The translations under genes and the position numbers were made by a program. Under the pieces are notes generated by a model. The model was given only the letters and a program-made list of their open reading frames with translations, was not told the DNA's origin and searched no databases. DNA of 64,000 nucleotides from Burkholderiales bacterium (GTDB lineage: Bacteria; Pseudomonadota; Gammaproteobacteria; Burkholderiales; JACQAP01): positions 8,602 to 72,601 of the forward strand of contig JBKJUC010000107.1 of the NCBI GenBank assembly GCA_046590325.1, written 5' to 3'. Shown here piece after piece: positions 32,522 to 44,453 of this stretch (position 1 is the stretch's first letter; each line of letters begins with the position of its first letter).

Positions 32522-34411
32522 TCAGCTTGCCTGTTGCCGCTTGTGCCAATCTGTGTTTCCTATCGGCAGGCGTTCCAGCCGGCGGCGGGCACCGAATACG
32601 AGATTGACCATGCCACGTGATACCAGTACCGCGCTGAACATCGAAGTCAGAATACCGAGGCAATGGACAACCGCGAAGCCGCGCACCGGACCGCTACCGA
32701 ACATGAATAGGGCGACGCCGGCGATCAGCGTGGTGATGTTCGAGTCCAGGATCGTCGCCCAGGCCCGCTCATAGCCCGCCGTGATGGCCGCCTGCGGAGT
32801 CGTTCCGTTGCGTAGTTCCTCGCGGATTCGCTCGTTGATCAGCACGTTGGCGTCGATCGCCATACCCAGTGTCAGTGCGATGGCGGCAATGCCCGGCAGC
32901 GTCAGCGTCGCCTGCAGCATAGACAGCAGCGCGACCAGCAGCATCAGGTTTATGGCCAGCGAAAGCACGGAAATGACACCGAACCAGGCGTAGTAGATGA
33001 TCATGAAAACAGCAATTGCGATGAAGCCGTAGACGACTGCATGGAAACCGCGCTGGATGTTGTCCGCGCCGAGACTCGGACCCACCGTGCGCTCTTCCAC
33101 GATTTCCATCGGCGCAGCGAGCGCTCCGGCGCGCAGAAGCAGCGCCAGGTCGTTCGCTTCCTGGGTCGACATGCGGCCCGATATCTGGAAACTGCCGCCG
33201 AACTCGGACTGGATCACAGGCGCGGTGAGCACCTCAGGCTTACCTTTCTCGATCAGCAGGACCGCCATCCGCCGTTTCACTGCTTCGCGGGTGGTGTTCT
33301 GCATCATTCGCGCACCCTGGGCGTCCAGGGTGATGCTGACGATGGGCTCCCCGTATTGCTGATCGAAGCTTGGCGCCGCATTGGTGAGGCGGTCGCCGGT
33401 GATGATGACCTGCTTGCTGAGCAGCAGCGCTTCCTTTTCCTCGCCACGGTTCGAGTAGAGCAGTTCCGTACCAAACGGCACGTTGCCGTTGATCGCGGCC
33501 TGGATCTTTGCCGGATCGTAGTCCCGCGAATTCGGGTCGCTCTGGTGGGCCTCGACAAGACGCAGTTCCAGCGTGGCCGTCCGGCCGAGAATGTCTTTCG
33601 CCTTGGAAGTATCCTGCACCCCGGGCAGTTGCACCACGACGCGGTCCAGGCCTGCCTGCTGCACGATGGGCTCCGCCACGCCCAACTCGTTCACCCGGTT
33701 GCGCAGGGTAGTGATGTTCTGCTGCAACGCGAACTCCTGGATCTGCTTCTGGACTTCCGGCCGCAGCGAAGCTGTAATCAGGAACTCGCCGGAAACGTCG
33801 GAAACATTCAACAGCAGGTCGGGGCTTTGCTTTCCGATCTCGCCGAGGGCTTTGTCGCGGGACTCCAGTTCACGGAATCTCACCACCACGTTCTGCCCCT
33901 CACGGGTGATGCCACCATAGCGGATCTCCTTCGCCCGCAGGGCCGTGCGGATATCGCCCACGTAGCGATCAGCCGCCTTAACCAGCGCAGCCTTCATGTC
34001 TACCTGAAGAAGGAAGTGCACGCCGCCCCGCAGATCGAGGCCGAGATACATCGGCAGCGCGTGTATCTGTGAAAGCCAGCGCGGCGAGTTGGAAAGCAGG
34101 TTCAGCGCCACGACATAGTCGTCACCAAGTTCGCGCTCGATGACATCCTTGGCCTTGATCTGCGTATCGCCATCCGTCAGCCGTACCTTGACGCTGTTGG
34201 GATCAAGGAACAGGCCCTGAGGAGCGATGTTGGCCTGGCCCAGTGCCTTCTCCACGCGGGTCAGCAGCGCGGGGTCCACTTTCGAGGTGGCCTTGACCGG
34301 GGATATCTGCACCGCCGGAACTTCACCGAAGAAATTCGGCAACGTGTACAGAAGCCCCGCGACGACGGCCCCTGCGATGAGGATGTATTTCCAGAGCGGA
34401 TAACGATTCAT
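32522..34411 (-). CDS. secD: protein translocase subunit SecD
   Basis: 629 aa within the yajC-secD-secF order. Confidence 0.95.
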   Translation of the reverse strand: MNRYPLWKYILIAGAVVAGLLYTLPNFFGEVPAVQISPVKATSKVDPALLTRVEKALGQANIAPQGLFLDPNSVKVRLTDGDTQIKAKDVIERELGDDYVVALNLLSNSPRWLSQIHALPMYLGLDLRGGVHFLLQVDMKAALVKAADRYVGDIRTALRAKEIRYGGITREGQNVVVRFRELESRDKALGEIGKQSPDLLLNVSDVSGEFLITASLRPEVQKQIQEFALQQNITTLRNRVNELGVAEPIVQQAGLDRVVVQLPGVQDTSKAKDILGRTATLELRLVEAHQSDPNSRDYDPAKIQAAINGNVPFGTELLYSNRGEEKEALLLSKQVIITGDRLTNAAPSFDQQYGEPIVSITLDAQGARMMQNTTREAVKRRMAVLLIEKGKPEVLTAPVIQSEFGGSFQISGRMSTQEANDLALLLRAGALAAPMEIVEERTVGPSLGADNIQRGFHAVVYGFIAIAVFMIIYYAWFGVISVLSLAINLMLLVALLSMLQATLTLPGIAAIALTLGMAIDANVLINERIREELRNGTTPQAAITAGYERAWATILDSNITTLIAGVALFMFGSGPVRGFAVVHCLGILTSMFSAVLVSRGMVNLVFGARRRLERLPIGNTDWHKRQQAS

Positions 34412-34493
34412 GGATGTTCCATGCGGGAGGTAAGGAGCAAACCCGGCTGCAAGAGCATCGCGGACATCCTGTCCGCAATATCTGTTACACCCG

Positions 34494-34826
34494 TCAGCCG
34501 GCGCTCTTGATGGTTCCCTTGGGAAGAAGCGTGGTGATGGAGGGCCGCTGCACCTGGATTTCGATGTTCGGCGCGATTTCTACCGAAACGAAATTGTCGC
34601 CGACCTTGGTTACCTTGCCGAGTGTGCCGCCGGCGGTGACGACTTCATCGCCCTTCTGCAGGCCGGCAAGCATGGTGCGGTGCTCTTTCGCACGCTTGGT
34701 CTGAGGACGGATCATCAGGAAGTAAAGCAGGACGAACATCAGAATGAGCGGCAGCAGGCCGAAGATATCCAGCCCCCCGGCGGATGGGGCGGTCTGGGCA
34801 AAAGCATTGCTGATCAACACGAGCAT
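34494..34826 (-). CDS. yajC: preprotein translocase subunit YajC
   Basis: 110 aa with the motif FLMIRPQTKRAKEH...GDEVVTAGG. Confidence 0.9.
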   Translation of the reverse strand: MLVLISNAFAQTAPSAGGLDIFGLLPLILMFVLLYFLMIRPQTKRAKEHRTMLAGLQKGDEVVTAGGTLGKVTKVGDNFVSVEIAPNIEIQVQRPSITTLLPKGTIKSAG

Positions 34827-34897
34827 TTCCTCCTAGTCGATATACGGCCGGCTACGGAACCCACCCGCTGAAACCCGGCCGCAAAAAGTGGCGCATT

Positions 34898-37038
<2,141 letters not shown>

Positions 37039-37114
37039 CGCGCGCATTATATGCGGCCATGGACGGGCGTCGGTTGCGGCTGGGGACCAAATTCCCGATA
37101 ATTGCGCTCCCCGT

Positions 37115-37201
37115 GCCGGGATGGCGGAACTGGTAGACGCACGGGACTCAAAATCCCGCGGGCTCACCCCCGTGCCGGTTCGATTCCGGCTCCCGGCACC
37201 A
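37115..37201 (+). tRNA. tRNA-Leu (anticodon CAA), CCA encoded
   Basis: Acceptor stem GCCGGGA/TCCCGGC, anticodon arm CGGGA-CTCAAAA-TCCCG, a long variable arm, T-arm CCGGTTCGATTCCGG, and a terminal ACCA. It is very similar to enterobacterial leuX. Confidence 0.95.
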
Positions 37202-37447
37202 CCAGGTACTTGCCGCCGATATCCGGTATTACCCTGCCCGGCCTATCCGCGATTGCGATAGGTGTGCTTTACTTCCGCTCACGTAACCGGGACTCTTGGC
37301 CGCATAGCAGCCATCGGCCATCGCTGTCGCCCGGGAACAACATGGCGCGGCCCGATTCATGCATGAAATCCGGGGCATGGGAGAACTTTACCGGCATCAG
37401 CCTCTCTATATAACTCGGCATGAACTGACATCCTTCAGGAAACCAAA

Positions 37448-38710
37448 GTGAAAATAATCCGTTTTGCATTCCTGGTCTGCCTTGTGACGACATCGCCGCT
37501 TGCAAAGGCGCAAATCATGCTGGATGAAAGCCTCCTTTGGGACCAACGGTTGTTCGAGACGGAAGGCTTCGAGGACCGGGACCGACCACTCCAGTTGAAG
37601 GTCTATGGCGACTTCAAGCACGACAGTAACCTGTTCCGCCTGTCGGAGGACGCCGATGCGCAGACAACGATCGGCTCGTCCGACAAATCGGACAATATTT
37701 ACCAGCTTGGCGTGGGGGGGCGTTACGAACTTCGGCGGAGTCGTCAGAAGTTGATTCTTGACGGTATGGTCGATCAGAACTGGTTCCAGAATTTCGACAC
37801 GCTCGATAACACCTCCAGCAACCTGCGCGCAGAGTGGGGCTGGCAAGCTGGAAATTATTGGGAGGGCACGCTGGGCGCCGGCTATCGGCACTATCTTGAG
37901 AATTTCGGCAGCGTGCAGCAAAACATCAAGGACATGGTCGACCGAACTCGCACCTACGGGTCGGCAAATTTCCGGCCGATTTCCTATCTGAAGTTCACGC
38001 TGGATCTCGACTGGGTCGAGGAGGAACATTCCGCCGACTCCAGGCAGTTCCTGGACAACCGGACCAACAATGCCGCCCTTACTGCCAACTGGGTTACGCC
38101 TTCAAAAAATACCGTGGGCCTGAAGTTCAGGAGAGCCGATGCAGCTTACCCGAACGATGCCGTTTTTGCTGGGGCCGCGCTCGATAATTCCTACACGGAA
38201 AATGAATACAGCCTGGTCGCAGTCTGGAACGTCACCGCCGCATCACTGTTGCGGGGCAGGATCGGCCGTACAGAACGCAAATTCGACCAGGACCCCAGTC
38301 GAAATTTCAGCGGCCCCACCTGGCGCCTGGGTTATGAGTGGAAGCCCACCGGAAAAACGGCGCTGGAACTGGCTGTCTGGCGTGAACTGACCGGATTCGA
38401 GGATTTCAGCGGCAATTACATGCGGACCACAGGGTTCGGCCTGTTTCCGGCGTGGTCGGTAATGCCCAAGCTTGTCCTGCAGGGCAAAGTGGCCTACCAG
38501 ACTCGAGACTATCTCGGCAATTCCGCCTTCACCCCCACCGCCGGTCAACGGGAGGATCAGGAGCGCCTGTTCCAGATCGCAGCGGTATGGACGCCGCTCA
38601 GATTGACAAAGCTGATCGTCGCTGTCGAAACGGGAGACAGGAAATCCAATCAGGCCCTGGCGGACTACGACTACCAATCCTTGAGCCTATCAGCAATTCG
38701 CACATTCTGA
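37448..38710 (+). CDS. putative outer-membrane beta-barrel protein (EpsL / exopolysaccharide-associated-like; family tentative)
   Basis: 420 aa with a signal peptide ending AKAQ, alternating beta-strand-like pattern, and a C-terminal ...SAIRTF ending in Phe. GTG start. Confidence 0.6.
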   Translation: MKIIRFAFLVCLVTTSPLAKAQIMLDESLLWDQRLFETEGFEDRDRPLQLKVYGDFKHDSNLFRLSEDADAQTTIGSSDKSDNIYQLGVGGRYELRRSRQKLILDGMVDQNWFQNFDTLDNTSSNLRAEWGWQAGNYWEGTLGAGYRHYLENFGSVQQNIKDMVDRTRTYGSANFRPISYLKFTLDLDWVEEEHSADSRQFLDNRTNNAALTANWVTPSKNTVGLKFRRADAAYPNDAVFAGAALDNSYTENEYSLVAVWNVTAASLLRGRIGRTERKFDQDPSRNFSGPTWRLGYEWKPTGKTALELAVWRELTGFEDFSGNYMRTTGFGLFPAWSVMPKLVLQGKVAYQTRDYLGNSAFTPTAGQREDQERLFQIAAVWTPLRLTKLIVAVETGDRKSNQALADYDYQSLSLSAIRTF

Positions 38711-38752
38711 GGAGCACGCACCCCGATGAGCTGCGCGCTAGCTGCAGCCACC

Positions 38753-39730
38753 TCATTGATTGCGTTCTTGCCTCAACTCCCATTGCCACGCATGGGCAAT
38801 GATGCTGTCGATGTCGGAAAATTGCGGCTTCCAGTTCAATTCGCTCTTGGCGCGCGATGAATCGGCAACGAGTCGAGCCGGGTCGCCAGGACGCCTCGCA
38901 GCATCCACCGACCGGATCGGTTTGCCTGTAATCCGGCGTGCCGCATCGATGACGGCCTGCACCGAAAATCCGTCCCCGTTCCCGAGGTTGTAGGCAGCGC
39001 TCCCTGCCCCGGCAAGAAGGGTTTCCAGTGCAAGAAGGTGCGCCTTGCAAAGATCCTGCACGTGAATGTAATCGCGAATGCAGGTCCCGTCTGGTGTCGC
39101 GTAGTCTCTTCCATACACATCGACATGCGGTCTGCGTCCCGATGCAACCTGGAGGATTAATGGGATCAGATGGGTTTCCGGATCATGCCGCTCGCCCAAG
39201 GCGCCTGCAGGATCCGCGCCGGCTGCATTGAAGTAACGCAAGCACGCTGAACGAAGGCCGTGGGCACGGTCGAAGTCGGGCAGCATGTCCTCCACCATCG
39301 ATTTCGACATTCCGTAGGGATTGATCGGGCGCCGTGGATGCGCCTCGTCAAGTGGCTGGTATTGCGGATCGCCGTAGACCGCAGCCGTGGAACTGAAAAT
39401 GAAATTGCGGATGTCTTGGGCGACCATCGCCTCCAGAAGGTTAAGTGTATTGGCGAAATTGTTGCGGTAGTACTTGCCGGGAAGCCTGACGGATTCTCCG
39501 ACCTGGATGTACGAGGCGAAATGCATGACCGCGTCGAAATCACGTTTCAGCACTTCGCCGAGATGTGAGGAATCTGCAAGGTCCCCTTCGACAAACGTGC
39601 CACACAGAACAGCATCGCGATGCCCCGATGACAGATTGTCATAGGTCACGACATCATGTCCTCCATCGCCGAGCATTTTTACCATGTGAGAACCGATGTA
39701 ACCGGCCCCGCCTACAACCAATACCCGCAT
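38753..39730 (-). CDS. galE: UDP-glucose 4-epimerase
   Basis: 325 aa with the Rossmann motif VVGGAGYIGSH and catalytic YGMSK. Confidence 0.9.
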   Translation of the reverse strand: MRVLVVGGAGYIGSHMVKMLGDGGHDVVTYDNLSSGHRDAVLCGTFVEGDLADSSHLGEVLKRDFDAVMHFASYIQVGESVRLPGKYYRNNFANTLNLLEAMVAQDIRNFIFSSTAAVYGDPQYQPLDEAHPRRPINPYGMSKSMVEDMLPDFDRAHGLRSACLRYFNAAGADPAGALGERHDPETHLIPLILQVASGRRPHVDVYGRDYATPDGTCIRDYIHVQDLCKAHLLALETLLAGAGSAAYNLGNGDGFSVQAVIDAARRITGKPIRSVDAARRPGDPARLVADSSRAKSELNWKPQFSDIDSIIAHAWQWELRQERNQ

Positions 39731-39872
39731 TGTCCGCCTTTCATTAGGAAACCAGGGATGTCCGCTCCCACACGTTGGTTTGCGATGATCCGACTGACGG
39801 ATGAATCCTGCCGCCGGAATCGGTAAGCGGCCAGTTCACAAGGACGGACGTCACACGATTCCGCACTGACCA

Positions 39873-39946
39873 AGGCGCCACATACCTTAGGCGCCGCATA
39901 CCTCACCTCAGGCGCCGCATACCTCACCTCAGGCGCTGCATGCCGG
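39873..39946. repeat. tandem repeat: 21-bp unit aggcgccgcatacctcacctc x2, flanked by two partial or degenerate copies
   Basis: Read directly. Copies lie at 39873-39888 (partial), 39889-39909, 39910-39930 and 39931-39946 (degenerate). Confidence 0.85.
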
Positions 39947-40282
39947 ATACATTATAGCTGCACCAGTTTTGCAGACCGTGGATCTCGAGGGCGGACACCT
40001 TTGCGATCTGGGAAATGTATAAAGTTTTGTAGCCCCGCAATGACAGGAAATCCCCTCTGCACGAATTCCCAAAGCGGGGCATCGGGCACTGGAATCGGGC
40101 GGACTGCGCTGGTCGACATGAAGAATCGGAGCCTTCCGGACAAACCACACTACCCGGATCAGTCGGCAATTCTCCCTTATTGCCTGCAGACCTGGCGCGG
40201 CCTAAACTGCTCGTCGTGCGCGACCATCAGTGCGCGGCTGCACCAATCCTGATCGCCATTCACTACACAAGATCGGTTTCCC

Positions 40283-41260
40283 GTGATACTCCTCATAAAG
40301 AAAACAGACAACGATGGGCGTCTTGGGCTCGTTCCCGAGTTCCTGAAAACCAAATGGACCATTGAAGTAGTGGACAGTAGTGACAAGTCCGAACTGGCGG
40401 CCGGACTTGCCGGCGCCGATGCAATGGTGTCCATGAACTGGACCGCAGACATGCCACCAGCTCCACGCCTGAAGCTGCTGCAGCTTCCAGGTGCCGGCAC
40501 AGATGACATCGCCTTTGCTTCGGTGCCGGCACAATCCACCGTGTGCAACGTGTTCGAGCATGAGATCGGCATTTCCGAGTACATCCTCGCGGGCATGCTG
40601 CAATGGGCAATCGGAATCCCACGCATGGATGCGGCGCTGCGTGAGAACGAGTGGTTCGGCTCGCATTTGTCAGGCCCCCGCCACGGCGAACTGTACGGAC
40701 GGACTCTCGGCATCGTCGGCTACGGCCGCATCGGCCGCGAAGTCGCGCGGCGCGCAATGGCCTTCGGCATGAATATTCTGGCCTGCAGCCGCACCCCACG
40801 GGGTGCCGATGAATTCGTCGGTCGAGTCGCAGGGATGGATGGATTGCCGGCGCTGCTCGCCGCCGCGGATTTTATCGTGCTCGCATTGCCCCTCGACGCC
40901 TCAACGGCAGGAATAATCGGCACCAGCCAGCTTGAAATCATGAAGCCCACGGCGGTAATCATCAATGTTGCGCGCGGCGCCCTGATCGACGAACGAGCGC
41001 TCTTCGATGCCTGCAAGAACCGCCGTATTGGCGGAGCGATCATCGACACCTGGTATCGCTATCCGCACCAGGGCGAAACTGTTAGTGCTCCCGGCAACTT
41101 TCCATTCCGCGAACTGGACAACATCATCATGACGCCGCACGCTTCGGGATGGACAGAAGGACTGAAGCCGCGGCGCTGCAGGCTGATAGCCGAAAACCTG
41201 GACCGGCTGACGAAGCGCGAGCCGCTGGTGAACGTGGTCAGGCCCGCGTCCGAAGCATGA
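40283..41260 (+). CDS. D-isomer-specific 2-hydroxyacid dehydrogenase family protein
   Basis: 325 aa with the NAD motif GIVGYGRIGREVARR and INVARGALIDE...TPHASG. GTG start. Confidence 0.8.
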   Translation: MILLIKKTDNDGRLGLVPEFLKTKWTIEVVDSSDKSELAAGLAGADAMVSMNWTADMPPAPRLKLLQLPGAGTDDIAFASVPAQSTVCNVFEHEIGISEYILAGMLQWAIGIPRMDAALRENEWFGSHLSGPRHGELYGRTLGIVGYGRIGREVARRAMAFGMNILACSRTPRGADEFVGRVAGMDGLPALLAAADFIVLALPLDASTAGIIGTSQLEIMKPTAVIINVARGALIDERALFDACKNRRIGGAIIDTWYRYPHQGETVSAPGNFPFRELDNIIMTPHASGWTEGLKPRRCRLIAENLDRLTKREPLVNVVRPASEA

Positions 41261-41281
41261 ACCAACTCTATCAGGACATAC

Positions 41282-42067
41282 ATGGATAACTACGCCGTCA
41301 GCGAAGCGGGAAAATTCATTTGGGACACCTGGCAGGCCAACGGTCGCATCGACTCGATTCCGGCGGCGTGCCGGCCATCCACCCGCAGCGAGGGATATCG
41401 GGTGCAGGCCGAAGTGGCCCGATTATCCGGTCAAGGACTTTACGGCTGGAAGATCGCCGCAACCAGCCAGGCGGGTCAGCAACACATCGGCGTCGACGCC
41501 CCGCTCGCCGGACGCCTGCTGGATAAGCGAACATTCGATTCCGGCGCAAATGTGCCGCTCGCCAACAACATTATGAAAGTTGCCGAAGCCGAATTTGCGT
41601 TCCGCATGGCCACCGACCTGCCGCCGCGCAGGACGAACTACTCGACCGCGGAAGTTCTCGCCGCCGTGGCCAGCCTCCATCCGGCACTGGAAATTCCGGA
41701 TTCCCGCTATCACGAATTCGCGAAAGTCGGTGCACCGCAACTGATCGCAGATTGCGCGTGCGCAAGCTATTTCGTCCTTGGACCCGCCGCCGTCGCGGAC
41801 TGGCGTCAGCTGGATCTCGTGGAGCATCGAGCCACCGTGCTGGTGAACGGAAAACCCGCGCGCGAAGGCAAAGGCGCCAATGTGCTGGGTGATCCGCGAC
41901 TCGCACTCACCTGGATCGCCAACGAACTGTCGTCGACGGGCGACACGCTGCGCGCGGGACAAGTGGTGACAACCGGAACCTGCGTGATTCCGGTTGAAAT
42001 AGGCCATGGCGATCACGTCGTCGCGGATTTCGGCGTCATTGGTCGCGTCGAAGCGCGCCTGACCTAG
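41282..42067 (+). CDS. 2-keto-4-pentenoate hydratase family (MhpD/HpcG-like) protein
   Basis: 261 aa with the pattern EGYRVQ...GWKIAATS...AEAEFAF...GQVVTTG. Confidence 0.75.
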   Translation: MDNYAVSEAGKFIWDTWQANGRIDSIPAACRPSTRSEGYRVQAEVARLSGQGLYGWKIAATSQAGQQHIGVDAPLAGRLLDKRTFDSGANVPLANNIMKVAEAEFAFRMATDLPPRRTNYSTAEVLAAVASLHPALEIPDSRYHEFAKVGAPQLIADCACASYFVLGPAAVADWRQLDLVEHRATVLVNGKPAREGKGANVLGDPRLALTWIANELSSTGDTLRAGQVVTTGTCVIPVEIGHGDHVVADFGVIGRVEARLT

Positions 42068-42172
42068 GAACTTCCCCGCCCGGCCTCCGCATTCTCCCGC
42101 TGACTCCTCCCGTCCGACTGCATGGCGTCCGCCCGCATTTCCATGCAATATTGTCGGGATCCGCCCGCGGAG

Positions 42173-42213
42173 TTCGGACGACTTGGGGTTTGGACGACCC
42201 CGGTTCGGACGAC
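42173..42213 (+). promoter_or_regulatory. three direct 10-bp repeats, TTCGGACGAC / TTTGGACGAC / TTCGGACGAC, upstream of the sensor kinase gene
   Basis: Copies start at 42173, 42189 and 42204, giving a 15-16 bp period. They lie 54-94 nt upstream of the ATG at 42267. Confidence 0.4.
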
Positions 42214-42266
42214 CTGCCCGCCGCACCTTTACTCGGCGGGCCGCGAAATAGAGGGATTGAGTACGT

Positions 42267-43712
42267 ATGCAGCTCTACTACCCGCGCTCGTTTCTGAAAC
42301 TGATTCTGGCCGGCTTTCTTCTAGCTGTCCTGCCGCTTATCTTTGCGCTTATCAACAATGCGTTCTCCATTCATCAACTGGCCACGCAGAGCCAGCGCGC
42401 GGTCTATCAGGCAGTGCAGGCGACCCAGAACAGCCGGTTCCTGATCGAGCAGATCACCAACATGGAACGCAGCGTCCGCCAATTCGCGATAATCGGCGAA
42501 CCCTCCTTGCTTCAGGGTTACGGCTTCGCCCATGAACGCTTCGTCGCCACGGCCCAGCGGATGGCAACGCTGCCGCTCGACGCCTCACAAAAGGAGGCAA
42601 TCGAGGTATTGCGAGCCCGCGAGGCGACCCTTTTCGACCGACTGACCCAGGTCGGCGCCACCCGGGAGGTAGTTGGACTTGCCGTGAGCGAACTCGCTGC
42701 GCTATCCGAAGCGGCACATGCCATGGATCAGCAGGGGAATCTGCTGGTCGACAGGGAAGTCGAAACGATGCAGAAAATGGCGGGCGAAGTGCAGCGCTTC
42801 ATCTTCTGGCAGTTGCTCGCGCTGGTGCCGATTGCGTTGTTGCTGGTTTTCGCCGCGGTATTCCTGATTTCCAAACCGATCCAGCAACTCGAATCCGCGA
42901 TCCGCAAGTTGGGCGAAGGGCGTTTCGATGCGAGCATCACGGTCAATGGGCCGGCCGACCTGGAATCCCTGGGACGGCAACTCGACTGGCTGCGCCTGCG
43001 CCTTCTGGACCTCGAAGAACAGAAAACGCGCTTCCTGCGGCATGTTTCGCACGAACTCAAAACGCCGCTCACTGCCCTGCGCGAAGGCGTGGAGCTTCTG
43101 TCCGACGAGGTAACCGGAAAGATGACAGCCGGCCAGTTCGAAATTGCGCGCATCCTCCGCCAGAACACATTGCGGTTGCAGAAACTCATCGAAGATCTGC
43201 TCAGTTACCATAGCGCCCAGTTCCACACTTCCTCCCTTTCGTTTTCCCGGTTCAACCTGAAAGCGCTCGCGGCTCGGGTAGCCCAACATCATTCCCTGGC
43301 AATGCGCGCGAAGAATCTCAACCTCAACATGGCTGCTTCGGAGTTCGATATCGAAGCCGACGAAAAGAAAATCGAGGCAGTCGTCGATAACCTGTTGTCG
43401 AATGCCATCAAGTTCTCACCGGTGGGAGGAACCATCAAGGTCCAGTTGCGCAAGCGTGGCGCAGACGCCGTGATCGACGTGTTGGACGAAGGACCCGGCA
43501 TCGGAGCCAACGACCGCGGCAAGGTGTTCGAACCGTTCTTCCAGGGCAATACAGAATACATTGGCCCCGTAAAGGGTACCGGCCTCGGACTCGCTATCGT
43601 GCGGGAGTACGCCAATGCCCACCAGGGCAGCGTCGAGATCATTGAAGACGGCAATCCGGGCGCCCATCTGCGTGTCATACTCCCGTCAAGGCAGATGGAG
43701 GTGGTAGCGTGA
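42267..43712 (+). CDS. sensor histidine kinase, GlrK/QseE-like
   Basis: 481 aa. The N-terminus YPRSFLKLILAGFLLAVLPLIF...NMERSVRQFAIIGEPSLLQGY parallels E. coli GlrK. It also has a HAMP domain, the H-box FLRHVSHELKTPLT, and HATPase motifs (DNLLSNAIKF; GTGLGLAIV). Confidence 0.8.
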   Translation: MQLYYPRSFLKLILAGFLLAVLPLIFALINNAFSIHQLATQSQRAVYQAVQATQNSRFLIEQITNMERSVRQFAIIGEPSLLQGYGFAHERFVATAQRMATLPLDASQKEAIEVLRAREATLFDRLTQVGATREVVGLAVSELAALSEAAHAMDQQGNLLVDREVETMQKMAGEVQRFIFWQLLALVPIALLLVFAAVFLISKPIQQLESAIRKLGEGRFDASITVNGPADLESLGRQLDWLRLRLLDLEEQKTRFLRHVSHELKTPLTALREGVELLSDEVTGKMTAGQFEIARILRQNTLRLQKLIEDLLSYHSAQFHTSSLSFSRFNLKALAARVAQHHSLAMRAKNLNLNMAASEFDIEADEKKIEAVVDNLLSNAIKFSPVGGTIKVQLRKRGADAVIDVLDEGPGIGANDRGKVFEPFFQGNTEYIGPVKGTGLGLAIVREYANAHQGSVEIIEDGNPGAHLRVILPSRQMEVVA

Positions 43713-43899
43713 GGTGCCCAGCGAGGGGCGCCAGTTTATTGGGGATCGCTCGCCAGCTGATCATCGCCAGACGCCGAATCGATATTGACTGCATCTCGCA
43801 GGGCCGCAATGAGGCGGCGCACGTGAACCCACTTTCAGCGCAATCCTGCCCCGGGCCAGAGGCTTGGGCCTGAGTCAACGACGGGTCTTTGGCCAGCCC

Positions 43900-44451
43900 A
43901 TGCCATCGCCATGGCTGGTCATCCTGGGGCTGGCTGCCCTGCTCGCCGGCTGCCCGGCGGTAACGGAACAGAACACCCGCAATGAACGCTGGTACGACAC
44001 CGTGGTCGAACCTCTTCATGGCGAACCCGAGCGGGCGCTGCGGTTTTATCACCGCATCATCAGTCTGAAGAGCGCTGAGCTTGCGCAGGAACTGGGGTCG
44101 GCAAGGCAGAATTTCGAAATGGAAAAATCGGGACTGAACCGCGTTCGGCTGGCCATGCTCCTGTCCCTTCCTGGCACCAGTTTCCGGGATGACCATGCGG
44201 CGTCCCACCTATTGCAGCCGCTCCTTCGGGACAGGGAACTGGAGGACTCGCCGCTGCGGCCGCTGGCGCTCCTCCTAAACGGCCATCTGGCCGAAACCCG
44301 CAAGCTGGAGGAAGCATTGCAGCAGCAAAACACGAAGACAAAAGAGGAGCAGCGAAAATCGGAAGCCTTGCAACAAAAATTAGAAGCGATCCTCGAAATG
44401 GAAATGAAAATGCTGGAACGCGAACAAACCATTCCAACCAAGAAGAAGTGA
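43900..44451 (+). CDS. lipoprotein with C-terminal coiled coil, QseG-like by position and architecture
   Basis: Lipobox LLAGC after the ATG at 43900. The C-terminus is a charged heptad-like stretch, KLEEALQQQNTKTKEEQRKSEALQQKLEAILEMEMKMLEREQ. It lies between the kinase and the regulator. Confidence 0.6.
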   Translation: MPSPWLVILGLAALLAGCPAVTEQNTRNERWYDTVVEPLHGEPERALRFYHRIISLKSAELAQELGSARQNFEMEKSGLNRVRLAMLLSLPGTSFRDDHAASHLLQPLLRDRELEDSPLRPLALLLNGHLAETRKLEEALQQQNTKTKEEQRKSEALQQKLEAILEMEMKMLEREQTIPTKKK

Positions 44452-44453
44452 CC

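Noticed and set aside
37269-37505. A 78-aa minus-strand ORF downstream of tRNA-Leu, with a faint resemblance to a truncated DUF1488-like protein.
   Set aside because: The resemblance is too weak to support. The ORF overlaps the start of the outer-membrane protein gene and has no RBS.
39712-39927. A 71-aa minus-strand ORF with the repeated peptide RYAAPEV.
   Set aside because: The periodicity is simply the 21-bp DNA tandem repeat read in frame. There is no RBS and it overlaps the galE start region.
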